Shown: positions 1-10,392, counted from the stretch's first letter. The stretch: DNA of 64,000 nucleotides from an uncultured Alphaproteobacteria bacterium (GCA_963752315.1 CAVVXP010000003.1:148374-212373); one strand, 5' to 3'. Numbers and translations: made by a program. Notes: generated by a model not told the origin, from the letters alone.

Positions 1-561
1 AGCGTATGCTTGAGCACGACCTCGGCGAAAGGCCGTCCGGTGCGCCAGGCCTCCCAGCGCCATTTGAGCCCCCGCCAGGTGAGGCTGTATTTGAGGGTCT
101 GGTTGAGCCGCTGGAACGTCTCGTCGATCGTCTCGCCGATCGATTTGCGGATGGCCGGCACGATCGTCGGATAAAGGATGTTGACCAGCGTCGTGGGATC
201 GTTGCGGATCGAGCTCTCCGCCGCCTTCTCCATGACGGGCGCCAACACGTGCCCCATCCGCGTATCGCTCGTCGCCTGGGCGATCGCGGTCGGCAAGATG
301 TGCCCGATCACGGCGGCCAAGCGCTCGGGATCGTCCACCACGCCGGCGAGCCGCGACAACGTCTCGATCTCGCGGCCGACCAGCAAGGTTCGCAGCTGCT
401 CGAGCTGGAGATCGCCCGGGACGCACGCCGTTCTGCTGCGCCCGCAGCTCCGGCTTCAGGCTCTGCGCGATTTCGACGAGCAGGCCCGCCAGAGCTTTTC
501 GATCGATGGCGTCATCGCCCGAGCGAAGCAGCCCCTCAAGAATATCGGGGGACCGGGTCAC
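1..561 (-). CDS. N-terminal part of an OmpA/BON-associated family protein (runs off the window edge; +1 frameshift near 418)
   Basis: Manual translation: GTG at 561 gives MTRSPDILEGLLRSGDDAIDRKALAGLLVEIAQSL..., then after one extra G near 418 the frame reads GDLQLEQLRTLLVGREIE...LYPTIVPAIRKSIGETIDETFQRLNQTLKYSLTWRGLKWRWEAWRTGRPFAEVVLKHT. This resembles the N-terminal region of proteins usually annotated OmpA/BON-family (recalled, not searched); the OmpA domain itself is not in the window. Confidence 0.6.
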   Translation of the reverse strand, partial: MTRSPDILEGLLRSGDDAIDRKALAGLLVEIAQSLKPELRAQQNGVRPGRSPARAAANLAGRPRDRDVVAARRRGGRSRALGRRDRAHLADRDRPGDERYADGARVGARHGEGGGELDPQRSHDAGQHPLSDDRAGHPQIDRRDDRRDVPAAQPDPQIQPHLAGAQMALGGLAHRTAFRRGRAQAYA

Positions 562-568
562 CTGGCGG

Positions 569-1204
569 CTAGCTGGACGCCCGGCCGCGCGTTGGTTCGA
601 TTCCGCCCTTTGCGCCACTCGCCGCGTCCTGGTTCAGGCACTTGGCGACCTCGACGAACAACCCGGCCAGCAGGTTGCGATCGGTTTTGACGTTGCTGAG
701 CTCGGCGAACATTTTTTCGATGGTGTGCTGAAGATCATCGTTCCTGCGCTTGATCTCCTCGCGCAGTGACTGCGCTTCCTGCGTCAGACGGTCGGCCATG
801 TCGCGCTCGAGCTGGCTCAATTGGTCCGACGTCGCGCGCAGCCGCTTTTCCAGCGCCTGATTATGCTCGCGCAGCGTCCGCTCGAGCTCCTTGTCGGCAT
901 CGGCACGCAAGTCCTTCTCTTCGCGGAGCTGGCCCACGAGCAACTCCACCTGCTTCTTGGCGTTCGATTCGAAGGCGCTAAGGTTGCGCGCCGTCTCGGT
1001 CTCGATGTCCTTGAAGCGCTGGAGAAACCGCTCCTCCAGTTTGGTGAAGCGGCGGTCGTAGTCTTGCATCTGGTTGCCGAACAGGAGATCGCGGATCTTG
1101 TCCACGCCCACCACTTCGCCGCCAGGAAGGGGGCCGTTGCCCAGCTGCGCGGCGGCTACGGCGTCGATCAACTCGTTTCCAGATTTCGATGATTTACCCG
1201 CCAC
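569..1204 (-). CDS. Coiled-coil hypothetical protein, partner of the downstream OmpA-type gene
   Basis: 211-aa ORF, GGAGG RBS before GTG, VDKIRDLLFGNQMQDYDRRF motif then heptad-rich helix; stop lies 7 nt before the next start. Confidence 0.75.
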   Translation of the reverse strand: MAGKSSKSGNELIDAVAAAQLGNGPLPGGEVVGVDKIRDLLFGNQMQDYDRRFTKLEERFLQRFKDIETETARNLSAFESNAKKQVELLVGQLREEKDLRADADKELERTLREHNQALEKRLRATSDQLSQLERDMADRLTQEAQSLREEIKRRNDDLQHTIEKMFAELSNVKTDRNLLAGLFVEVAKCLNQDAASGAKGGIEPTRGRASS

Positions 1205-1538
1205 GCTACACCTCCACTGATCTTTGTGACGAAAGCAGTTTGTAGTTATGACATCGCCTGTTGTGAACTTGCAAGCCTTTGGAAATTCACTACTACTTAT
1301 TGGTCGGGAGAGATGTCTCGTCGTTTAGACCTGTTCGATCGTCCCGCTCAATCATCCCTGGATCCCTGCTCGGAGCGGCAGATCCCGCACACAGTCACAC
1401 CGCCGCGATGCGGCTCAAATAGGGCGCAGGCCGTGGGGGTGTTCAACCCGCTTCCCCTTCCTAAATTAAGAGTCAGGCAAAAGTGCCCAAATCGGTCCAT
1501 CACGGGCCGATAGCAACGCCTAATAAGGAGGCGGAGTA

Positions 1539-1994
1539 ATGCGTAAGAATCAGACGCTGCGCACGGTCGCCATTGCAACCGCGGCCGGTTTGATGCTGTT
1601 CGGCGCGATGTCGATGGCCGAAGCTGGCAGCGCCGGTGCCGGCCGTTTTAGCGTCGGCGGTGGTAGCCTGAGCACATTCCACACCAATCCAGGCGGCAAG
1701 TACGTTGGCAGCGGCGCAGGCAAGTTCCACTCCAATCCCGGCGGCAAATACGTCTATCGGGGCAGCAACGAGACATTCCACTCCAATCCCGGCGGCAAAT
1801 ACGTCTATCCCGGCGGTCCGGACAAATACGACCACCACCATTACGGCCCGTCCCGCAGATATGGCTATTACCCCTGGTATGGCCTGCCGCTTTATTCCAA
1901 TGGCGAGGGGTGCGACGACTTCTATCGCCGCGCTGTGGCCGCTGACAGCGCCTATTGGTGGAACCGCTACCGCAGATGCAGCGGGGCTTATTAG
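1539..1994 (+). CDS. Small secreted protein with three FH(S/T)NPGGKYV repeats and a C-terminal two-Cys YWW domain
   Basis: AAGGAGG RBS, signal peptide ending AEA, three repeats, ends GCDDFYRRAVAADSAYWWNRYRRCSGAY. Confidence 0.8.
   Translation: MRKNQTLRTVAIATAAGLMLFGAMSMAEAGSAGAGRFSVGGGSLSTFHTNPGGKYVGSGAGKFHSNPGGKYVYRGSNETFHSNPGGKYVYPGGPDKYDHHHYGPSRRYGYYPWYGLPLYSNGEGCDDFYRRAVAADSAYWWNRYRRCSGAY
1677..1809 (+). repeat. Three in-frame tandem repeat units (48 and 51 bp spacing)
   Basis: ttccac(a/t)ccaatcc(a/c)ggcggcaa(g/a)tacgt at 1677, 1725 and 1776. Confidence 0.9.
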
Positions 1995-2156
1995 AACTGA
2001 GTTGTGACGAACAGGCCAAGTGCCTGAGTTGGGCCACATTTTGCGCAAGAAGCGATGGAAAAGTTAACGCTGGAAGGAGGGCGGCGCTGCCGCTCACCCT
2101 ACGCTCCGCTACAATAGGCGCGGGTTCGACGAGAAGACCAACATCCACTAGAGGCC

Positions 2157-3071
2157 ATGTCGGCAGCGCTTGCCTTCAATCGCAGTCAGGATGTCGATTA
2201 TGGCGTGGCCCAAGAGGTCGCGCCCGGCATTCGGCGTATCGTCGCCAATAATCCGGGCCCCTACACCTTTCTCGGCACCAACAGCTACATCGTCGGCAGC
2301 GGCGAGGTCGCCGTCATCGATCCGGGACCGGCCGACGACAAGCACCTGAAGGCAATCGCCACAGCGATCAAAGGCGAGCGCCTCGCACATATCCTCATCA
2401 CGCATAGCCATCGCGATCATTGCGATGGCGCGCGCGCCATGCAGGCGCTGCTCGGCGGCGAGATCGCCGCGTTCGGGCCGACTGACACCGCGCGAGGCGC
2501 GGGCGCGCCCGGTCTCGGCGATGCGTTCGTCGATCCCGCCTTCGAACCGGACCGCAAACTCGCAGACGGCGACACGGTCAGAGCCAAAAGTTTCGCGCTG
2601 GACGTGCTGCATACGCCCGGCCACGCGCCCGACCATCTGTGTTTCGCGCTGGTCGGCAAGCGCACGGTGTTCACCGGCGATCATGTGATGGGATGGAACA
2701 CCACAGCCATCGCGCCGCCAGAGGGCAACATGGCGCAGTTCCTCAGCTCCCTCGAACGGCTGATGCAGCGCCACGACAAGATGTTCCTGCCCGCGCATGG
2801 CGGCCGCATCCAGACGCCGCAGCGGGTAGTGAAGGCCTATATCATGCACCGCAAATGGCGCGAGCAGACCATCCTCGCCTGCCTCGACGAAGACATCGGC
2901 ACCATTCCACGCATTGTCGAGAGGCTTTACGGCACGCTGGATGCCGGGCTGAAGGAGGCTGCGGCACTCTCCGTGCACGCGCATCTCGAGTACCTCATCA
3001 ATCGGGACTTGGTCGCGGCCGAAGGGCCAGCCGATTGGCTTAGCGCTTTTTACCTCCGCCCTTCTTCTTAG
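2157..3071 (+). CDS. MBL-fold metallo-hydrolase (LACTB2-like)
   Basis: NPGPYTFLGTNSY, THSHRDH, HTPGHAPDH, FTGDHVM, PAHG motifs. Confidence 0.9.
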   Translation: MSAALAFNRSQDVDYGVAQEVAPGIRRIVANNPGPYTFLGTNSYIVGSGEVAVIDPGPADDKHLKAIATAIKGERLAHILITHSHRDHCDGARAMQALLGGEIAAFGPTDTARGAGAPGLGDAFVDPAFEPDRKLADGDTVRAKSFALDVLHTPGHAPDHLCFALVGKRTVFTGDHVMGWNTTAIAPPEGNMAQFLSSLERLMQRHDKMFLPAHGGRIQTPQRVVKAYIMHRKWREQTILACLDEDIGTIPRIVERLYGTLDAGLKEAAALSVHAHLEYLINRDLVAAEGPADWLSAFYLRPSS

Positions 3072-3939
3072 ATATTTTCTTCTTGGTCGGGTTTTTCTTG
3101 TCGGCGGGGTCTTCTTTCTTGGGCTCCGCCTGCTCCAACACGGTCTTCTCGCCCTTCTCCAGCGCGGCGGTGACTTGCTCGAACAGCTTGCGGATGCGCG
3201 CGGCATTGGCGCCGAGATCGGTCCTGCCGTAACGCGATACCGAACGCACGTCGATGATGGCTTGCGCGTCGTCGCCCTTCACCTGCACGACCACGTCGTC
3301 GGTAAAGCCCATCACCAGCGTGCGGTCGGTCGCCTCAATGCGGCCCGCCCCCGTCTCGCCCGGGGCTTCGTTGACGACGATAGTCCAGCCGAGACGGTCG
3401 ACCGCCTCATGCACGAGGCTGAACACTTCGGTGGCCGAGCGCTCGAGCGCCATCGGCTCGATATCGGGATAGCCCTCGTCCTGCAAATCGATGGCGGCGT
3501 CGTCCGGCTCGACGATGGGATTGGCGTCGGCCGGGCGCATGGTGTTGAGCACCTTGAAGTCGAGCGGCTCGTCCGGAGACGTCTCGACATCGTACAGCCA
3601 GGGCAGCGTGACGGCATGCGAGAGAAAATAAAGCGGGGCGGCAAGGCCGAGGCAGGCGATGAAGATCGCGGCAACGGCCTGGGCGGCCCCGGTCTGGCCA
3701 CCGAACCAGATACGCACGATGGCGAACAGGGCGATACCGATGGCGAGGAACAGTCCGCCGATCGACACGGCCATCAGATTCATCGCCGCAGGCGTTGTCA
3801 GCGACGCAAAGCGGTGCAGCAGCACCGTGAGTATCATCAGTTGGACGAAGAACAGCGCGACTCTGCGCGCCCAAATGGCTTCGCGCGCCTCCTTGACGGA
3901 GTAACGCGCGGTCGCGTAGCGCGCCATCGAGAAGCTCAA
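3040..3939 (-). CDS. DUF1499-domain membrane protein
   Basis: Three N-terminal hydrophobic segments, YPDIEP, IEATDRTLVMGFTDDVVV, IDVRSVSRYGRTDLGANAARI. Confidence 0.85.
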   Translation of the reverse strand: MSFSMARYATARYSVKEAREAIWARRVALFFVQLMILTVLLHRFASLTTPAAMNLMAVSIGGLFLAIGIALFAIVRIWFGGQTGAAQAVAAIFIACLGLAAPLYFLSHAVTLPWLYDVETSPDEPLDFKVLNTMRPADANPIVEPDDAAIDLQDEGYPDIEPMALERSATEVFSLVHEAVDRLGWTIVVNEAPGETGAGRIEATDRTLVMGFTDDVVVQVKGDDAQAIIDVRSVSRYGRTDLGANAARIRKLFEQVTAALEKGEKTVLEQAEPKKEDPADKKNPTKKKISKKKGGGKKR

Positions 3940-4119
3940 CTCGCCGCCCTCATCTCAAAGCCAAACATTACTTTGCCTGGGGGCCCTCCCCCTCAAGGCC
4001 TGTTATAGCCAATTTGCGCGGCCGCGACAGTCGCCTCGGCGCCCGGTCGAGGCGCGACATTTGACTACCCTGCGCCGATGGCAAGTTTGTGGTGCACCAA
4101 GGGCCGCATGGCCGCCCGA

Positions 4120-4749
4120 TCACGGAAAAAGGCGGGTCTTGGTCCAAGGCGCATGCGCGTCTGCGCGCCGGAACACGATTCGGTCGTGCAGCCGGAATGG
4201 ACCGTTCTGCCAGAACTCGATTTCAAGCGGGATCAGCCGATAGCCGCGCCAATAGGCCGGCCGGGTCACCGGGCCATCGCCGAAGTCGTTGGTCAGGCGC
4301 TCGACCTCGGCCTCGAGCACGGCGCGCGAGGCGAGCGGCCGCGACTGGCGCGAAGCGCAAGCGCCGATCCGGCTCTCGCGATGGCGGGTGACGAAATAGG
4401 CGTCGGCCTCGGCCTCGGTTGCCGGCTCGATCGGCCCCCGCACGCGGATCTGCCGCCCCAGGCTCTTCCAGTAGAACAGCAGCGCGGCTTTAGGGTTGGC
4501 GGCGAGCTCGTTGCCCTTGGCGCTCTCGCAATTCGTATAGAAGACGAAACCGCGCCTGTCGGCGCCTTTGAGGAGAATCATCCGCACATTGGGCAAGCCA
4601 TTCGAATCAACCGTGGCGACCGCCATCGCTTCCGGGTCGGCGGGCTCGGAAGCCTTGGCCTCGGCCAGCCAAGCGGAAAACAGCGCGAACGGGTCGCTTG
4701 CCTCGGTGAAATCGGGCGCCGCGCCTGTCTGTTTCGGTCGCTCGTGCAT
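4120..4749 (-). CDS. pdxH: Pyridoxamine 5'-phosphate oxidase
   Basis: RMILLKG, FYTNCESAKG, SRQSRPL, EFWQNGPFRLHDR motifs. Confidence 0.95.
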   Translation of the reverse strand: MHERPKQTGAAPDFTEASDPFALFSAWLAEAKASEPADPEAMAVATVDSNGLPNVRMILLKGADRRGFVFYTNCESAKGNELAANPKAALLFYWKSLGRQIRVRGPIEPATEAEADAYFVTRHRESRIGACASRQSRPLASRAVLEAEVERLTNDFGDGPVTRPAYWRGYRLIPLEIEFWQNGPFRLHDRIVFRRADAHAPWTKTRLFP

Positions 4750-4789
4750 CGCTCAAATATCCTCGACGGCCCGCTCAGCCGACTTTTTT

Positions 4790-6760
4790 TGCACGTCATC
4801 CCCTCTCGGCACGGGCATTTACGTGCTGCACGATCCGGTTCTATTGCATTTGCTTTCGCTGCTATGTGCGCAGGAGGGGTGGGACTTCGCCGAGTGTTGA
4901 GGAGCCACTATTGCGGAATAGGGGACCACTTCGGCGCAGAGGCACTGCTGAGGGTGGGGGCCCTCGGCGTGAGAGCTTTGGTTGGTCAATTGACCCTCAG
5001 CGGAGTATCGTTCATTCGACCACGCCAGAGACATGATAAGTCGCGATCTTCCAGGCGTGCCACTTCATCGGCTGCGCCTACCAGCGTACAGCTTGGCTCC
5101 CAAACAAGTGGGCGCTCGAGTTTCCGGGGAGCTTCGCATCGGTACATTCGGTATCCCAGGCCCAGCTAAGCTGACGGAATTGATTATCGACGCATTCAGA
5201 GCACTTAGGGTCAAACTTCCAACGGCAAAATTGATCGTTGCAGGCTATGACGCAGCGAAGTACGCAACTAGCCATACGCTCTCGCCGTTAGAGGGTTTCG
5301 AGGTACATGACTTGTTATCTTGCACGGAGTTTGAGTGCGTCATGGGGTCGGTCGATCTCGCGATACAGCTCCGGGCGGCGAACCGAGGGGAGAGCTCGGG
5401 CGCGATTGCCCAGCTCTTGTCTCTTGGAATACCCGTAGTAACCTCAAAGAGGGGAGCGTTCGAGGAGTACGAAGGCGCGGTGAAGTTTCTACCCGAACCG
5501 GTCGCTGCGCCGGACTTGGTTCACCTAATAATGGAGGAGCACCAACATTTCGCCGAATGGAGGCGAAGAGAGCAGGAGTATAGCGAGAAGCATTCACCAC
5601 GTGCATTTTGTGACCAGCTGGGTGAACTGCTCGAGGCCATACTGGTCTTAGGTGCCGTCGAGAAGTCAGAGATCTCAGCCGCCCCGACGGCAAGCCTAAG
5701 TTTTCTCGCACCAAGGCCGCGTAGTGCCCTACCCGATCTACACGCCGCGACACCTCCGCGAAATTTGTGAGGCGGCAGTCTACCTTTTTACGGGCCAAAG
5801 CGCTGATTACGAGCCTCGGCGCCGTTTCGAAAACGTCTTGCAGGTTCCCTTCGCATTTATAAGCCCGGGTGAGTTGCATTACGCCAACTACCGAGAGCAA
5901 ACCGACCGGGTGAGAGCGCGCAGAGCGGACATCTCCCTGGCTTACGAGCTGCTCCTCCAACGTGCTCCCGATCTCGAAGCTCTCACGAAAGCCGATGAAG
6001 TGTCTCTGTTTGAGCTGGTTGACTATATTTTACTCTCGGAGGAGTTTGCGCAGAAGGTGGACCAACTTGCCGTTCGCGCGTTCCCTGGCGCTGCGCGCGT
6101 GTTCCATATTCATATACCTAAGACGGCCGGCTCCTCGCTCCATGCGGCTTTGCAAAGCATCGGCTGGGCCACCTACAAATTCGATCTTTCTAGTCTTCCC
6201 ACTCCTGAGAGGTCCGTATGCTACGAGACGTTCACGCTCGATCGTCTAAGAAAGGGTATGCTGATTGGTGGTCATCGTCCGCTCGATGCCTACGGTCCGA
6301 TGCACAAGCCAGGCGACCGCTATGTGTCGTTCATACGCGAGCCGCTGCAACGAATCTTGTCCTATTACAATTACTTGATGATGAGGATAGAGGAGAATCC
6401 AGCGGCGCCAGATTAAGCAACGCGCTGAAGGCTGGCTTTGTCTGTGGCGATTTGGAGTACAACTACAACTGCACCAATCTATTTCCTCGCAATCGTCAAT
6501 GCCACTTTTTCAGTTCCAATGGAACGTTCTGCGATGCGCTGGATGCCATCACACTACGACGTGTGCCTTTATGGGGTGCAGGACTTTCAGCAAGCCCTAT
6601 GGAGCCTTTTCGGAACCGTAGCACTGGCCGCGAAAATGTCTCCCGGAAATATGCCACCGAGACCGACTTGTCGAAACGGCTCAGGCGGAAGATCCGCGCT
6701 CAAAACAAACAGGACTACCTTTTTCGATCATGTATCGAAGCTAGGCGGAGGCATCGAGGT
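4790..6760 (+). pseudogene. Decayed glycosyltransferase (GT-B) - DUF4214-like - sulfotransferase gene, 5' truncated, several frameshifts
   Basis: Successive frames read IYVLHDPVL; IGTFG...K...AIQLRAANRGESSGA...GIPVV (5033-5770); AYELLLQRAPD...ILLSEEF; HIHIPKTAGSS and FIREPLQRILSYYNY (5724-6416); NRQCHF...RENVS...IRAQNKQDY. Codon usage is visibly more AT-rich than the flanks. Confidence 0.7.
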
Positions 6761-6978
6761 GCCCGGCGCTGCAGGCCTCTCGACTTTCAATTGGCCGATC
6801 CCTCACGCACTAGTCGTCCGTGCCCCTGTCCACTCGTCCAACATGCGGGCGCGCGCAACATGTCGAGAGTGGCGCACGGGCGAAGATTTTGCTCACCCTG
6901 ATAGGGCACCATGGGTTTCGTTGATAGTGGGCGCGGGGGTTTGGTTGAGTACCGCGTCGAGTTGGGGACGAGTTGGTT

Positions 6979-7401
6979 ATGCGTACGTTCCGTTGGAACG
7001 CTCCTATCATCATTGGGGCGGGCGCTCTCGCACTTTCGTTATTCGCGCCCGCCCCTCTTCCCCTCATGGCCGGGGAGAGCGGAGCGGAAGTGACTGGAGC
7101 CCTTGAGGGGCAACAGCTTGGCCTAACCGAGCTCAAAGCGCGTCTCGACCGCAGCGACCGGGCGGCGGCAATGCAGGCGCTCGAGCTTGCCCTTTCCGAA
7201 CTCGCCGACGGGGTGACGCTGGTCTGGCAGCGGCCGGAACGGAAGCTGGTCGGTCGAATCAGGCCGGTCTCGGCCTTCCGCGACGACCAGGGCCGGGTTT
7301 GCCGCCATGTCGTCTACTCCCTCGCGCTCGGCACCTATCAGCGGCAGATCGAAGGGGTTGCGTGCCGGGAGTCCGATGGCTCCTGGTCGCTTTCGGGGTA
7401 A
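6979..7401 (+). CDS. RT0821/Lpp0805 family (17-kDa antigen-like) surface protein
   Basis: Signal peptide, G.TLVWQ, GRVCRHV, GVACRESDGSW; usual neighbour of pdxH in Rhizobiales. Confidence 0.8.
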   Translation: MRTFRWNAPIIIGAGALALSLFAPAPLPLMAGESGAEVTGALEGQQLGLTELKARLDRSDRAAAMQALELALSELADGVTLVWQRPERKLVGRIRPVSAFRDDQGRVCRHVVYSLALGTYQRQIEGVACRESDGSWSLSG

Positions 7402-7725
7402 ACGGGGGTCTTAATGTCTCAAGTCAGTCAGGCCGAGGCTGCCGCTTCGGGCGGTTCGGCGCGAAGAAACCATGACGAAGCGGGCCAGCAGGCGTCCGAG
7501 GAGCGGTTCACGACGCTCAGGTCGCGCGACGAGCATACCTTCTCGCAAATGAGGATCGACCGGGGTGGACCGCGCAGCTTCTCCGCCCTTTGCTTTCGCG
7601 GCTGGCGGCGGGACTAAAAGTTAAGCCCGCGCCCTTTGGCCTCAATCGGCACCGCGGCATTAAGCCTTCCGGCCTGGCCGTTGCGGTCCTATAAAGCGCC
7701 TTCCTTTGAAAAGGCGCAGGGAGCG

Positions 7726-8544
7726 ATGGCTGAGGGCGGCAAGTTGATGGCGGGCAAGCGCGGTGTCGTGTTCGGCGTCGCCAATAACCGCTCGATCGCC
7801 TGGGGCATCACCAAGGCCGTGACCGACCAGGGCGCCGAGGTTGCGCTCACCTATCAGGGCGACGCCATCAAGAAACGGGTCGAGCCGCTGGCGCAGGAGA
7901 TCGGCTCGAAGCTCGTGCTGCCCTGCGACGTAACCGACGAGGCCAGCGTCGAAGCCGTGTTCGCGGCGATCGCCAAGCAATGGGGCGCTCTCGATTTCCT
8001 GGTGCATGCGGTCGCCTTCTCCGACAAGGAGCAGCTCGACGGGCGCTATGTCGACACCACCCAGGACAATTTCACCCAGACGCTGCTGATCTCTTGCTAC
8101 TCCTTCACCGCGCTGGCGAAGCGCGCGGAGAAGCTGATGCAGAACGGCGGCTCGCTGCTGACGCTGACCTATTACGGCGCCGAGAAGGTGATGCCGCATT
8201 ACAACGTGATGGGCGTGGCCAAGGCCGCGCTCGAAGCGAGCGTGCGCTATCTCGCCGCCGATCTCGGCAGGGGCGCGATCCGGGTCAACGCCATCTCGGC
8301 GGGGCCGATCAAGACGCTGGCCGCAAGCGGCATCGCCGACTTCCGCTATATTCTGAAATGGAACGAATATAACGCGCCGCTCCGGCGCACCGTCTCCATC
8401 GAGGATGTCGGCGCGGGCGCGCTGTACCTTCTCTCCGACCTCGGCCGTGGCGTCACCGGCGAGATCCTGCATATCGACGCGGGCTATCACGTCGTCGGCA
8501 TGAAGAACGAAGACGCCCCGGACATTTCCGTAACCAAAGAGTAG
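7726..8544 (+). CDS. fabI: Enoyl-ACP reductase
   Basis: [34 protein letters not shown]. Confidence 0.97.
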   Translation: MAEGGKLMAGKRGVVFGVANNRSIAWGITKAVTDQGAEVALTYQGDAIKKRVEPLAQEIGSKLVLPCDVTDEASVEAVFAAIAKQWGALDFLVHAVAFSDKEQLDGRYVDTTQDNFTQTLLISCYSFTALAKRAEKLMQNGGSLLTLTYYGAEKVMPHYNVMGVAKAALEASVRYLAADLGRGAIRVNAISAGPIKTLAASGIADFRYILKWNEYNAPLRRTVSIEDVGAGALYLLSDLGRGVTGEILHIDAGYHVVGMKNEDAPDISVTKE

Positions 8545-8596
8545 TCCCGGCTTTGCCGGTAATGACAAAGTAAAGACATGCGCGCATAAAAGGCCC

Positions 8597-9688
8597 ATGT
8601 CGCACAACAGTTTCGGCCATTTGTTCCGCATCACCACCTGGGGCGAAAGCCACGGGACGGCGATCGGCTGCGTGGTCGATGGCTGCCCGCCCGGCATTCC
8701 CATCACCGAGGCCGAGATCCAGACCTATCTCGACAAGCGCAAACCGGGCCAGTCGCGCTATACTACGCAGCGGCAAGAGCCGGACCAGGTGCGCATCCTC
8801 TCCGGGGTATTCACCGACGAGACCGGCGCGCAGCTCACCACCGGAACGCCGATCGCGCTCGAGATCGCCAATGTCGATGCGCGGTCGAAGGACTACGGCG
8901 AGATCAAAGACAAGTACCGGCCCGGCCACGCCGATTACACCTATCAGATGAAATACGGCCTGCGCGATTGGCGCGGCTCGGGGCGCGCGTCGGCGCGCGA
9001 GACGGCGATGCGGGTCGCCGCGGGCGCCATCGCGCGGAAAGTGGTGCCGGGCATGCGCGTGCGCGGCGCCCTCACCCAGATCGGGCCTTACGAGATCGAC
9101 CGGCGCAACTGGAATTGGGACGAGCTCGGCAACAATCCGTTCTTCTGCCCCGACGCCAAGACGGCGCGGGTCTGGGCCGATTTTCTCGACCAGGTGCGCA
9201 AGAAGGGCTCGTCGGCCGGCGCCGTCATCGAGATCGTGGCCGAGGGCGTGCCGCCAGGGCTCGGCGCGCCGCTCTATGCCAAACTCGACCAGGACATCGC
9301 CTCGGGGCTGATGAGCATCAATGCGGTGAAGGGGGTGGAGATCGGCGCGGGCTTCGCCTCGGCGTCGCTCTCGGGCGAGGAAAATGCCGACGAGATGCGC
9401 ATGACGAAGGACGGGACGCCAGAGTTCCTGTCGAACAATGCCGGGGGCATTCTCGGCGGTATTTCGACCGGGCAGCCGATCGTCGCGCGCTTCGCGGTCA
9501 AGCCCACGTCTTCGATTTTGACCCCGCGCCAGACGGTCGACACATCCGGCCACGACACCGAGATCTCGACCAAAGGCCGCCACGATCCTTGCGTTGGCAT
9601 CCGCGCGGTGCCGATCGGCGAAGCCATGGTCGCCATCGTGCTGGCCGATCATTACCTCCGGCATCGCGGCCAGACCGGCCAGGGTTGA
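8597..9688 (+). CDS. aroC: Chorismate synthase
   Basis: [29 protein letters not shown]. Confidence 0.97.
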   Translation: MSHNSFGHLFRITTWGESHGTAIGCVVDGCPPGIPITEAEIQTYLDKRKPGQSRYTTQRQEPDQVRILSGVFTDETGAQLTTGTPIALEIANVDARSKDYGEIKDKYRPGHADYTYQMKYGLRDWRGSGRASARETAMRVAAGAIARKVVPGMRVRGALTQIGPYEIDRRNWNWDELGNNPFFCPDAKTARVWADFLDQVRKKGSSAGAVIEIVAEGVPPGLGAPLYAKLDQDIASGLMSINAVKGVEIGAGFASASLSGEENADEMRMTKDGTPEFLSNNAGGILGGISTGQPIVARFAVKPTSSILTPRQTVDTSGHDTEISTKGRHDPCVGIRAVPIGEAMVAIVLADHYLRHRGQTGQG

Positions 9689-10392
9689 TGGCCTTCCGCA
9701 GCATTGTGATCCTGACCGGGGCCGGGCTTTCGGCCGAGAGCGGGCTCGGCACGTTCCGCGACAAAGGCGGGTTGTGGGAGGAGTTCAATCTCGAAGAGGT
9801 GGCCACCCCGGAAGGCTTTGCCCGCAACCCGGCTCGCGTGCATGAATTCTACAATCTGCGCCGGCGGCGGCTTGGCGAGGCGAGGCCGAATGCGGCGCAC
9901 GCGGCGCTGGCGCGGCTGGAGAGACAGCATGCCGGCGTCCTCACCGTAACGCAGAATATCGATGGCCTACATGAAGCGGCCGGCACGCACGCGCTGATCC
10001 ATATGCATGGCGAGTTGTCGCGCGCGCTCTGCGCCGCATGTCTCGCGAGCTATTCATGGGCCGAGGACCTTTCCACCGCGACGCCTTGCGCGGCTTGCGG
10101 CCAGGCCGGCGCCATGCGGCCCGACGTGGTGTGGTTCGGCGAGATGCCGCGCGAGATGGACCGCATCTACGCGGCGCTGGTGGCCTGCGATCTGTTCATC
10201 TCGATCGGCACGAGCGGCAGCGTCTATCCCGCGGCCGGCTTCGTCGCCGAGGCCCGCGCGGCCGGCGCGCATACGGTCGAACTCAATTTGGAGCCGTCCG
10301 AGGGTGCGAGCCGGTTCGCCGAAGCCGCCTATGGCCCCGCGACAGAGATCGTCCCGGATTATGTCGAGAGCCTGCTTGGCACTAACGCGTAA
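9688..10392 (+). CDS. cobB: NAD-dependent protein deacylase (class III sirtuin)
   Basis: TGAGLSAESG, TQNIDGLH, HMHG, two CxxC, RPDVVWFGE, GTSGSVYPAA; TGATG overlap with aroC; YxxR in FYNLRR. Confidence 0.92.
   Translation: MAFRSIVILTGAGLSAESGLGTFRDKGGLWEEFNLEEVATPEGFARNPARVHEFYNLRRRRLGEARPNAAHAALARLERQHAGVLTVTQNIDGLHEAAGTHALIHMHGELSRALCAACLASYSWAEDLSTATPCAACGQAGAMRPDVVWFGEMPREMDRIYAALVACDLFISIGTSGSVYPAAGFVAEARAAGAHTVELNLEPSEGASRFAEAAYGPATEIVPDYVESLLGTNA

Noticed and set aside
6-769. Plus-strand ORFs 6..572, 178..690 and 506..769
   Set aside because: Antisense shadows of the minus-strand gene pair.
1677-1809. Spaced direct repeats as a mini CRISPR array
   Set aside because: Only three units, spacers under 20 nt, all in frame within a signal-peptide ORF, and no cas genes.
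4078-5169. 363-aa plus-strand ORF
   Set aside because: Mostly antisense to pdxH; only the last part overlaps the decayed glycosyltransferase.
7414-7617. 67-aa ORF or ncRNA between the surface-antigen gene and fabI
   Set aside because: No recognisable motif, convincing RBS or RNA structure.
8968-10392. 474-aa sirtuin with long N-terminal extension
   Set aside because: The extension is an off-frame read through aroC; the real start is the TGATG overlap at 9688.
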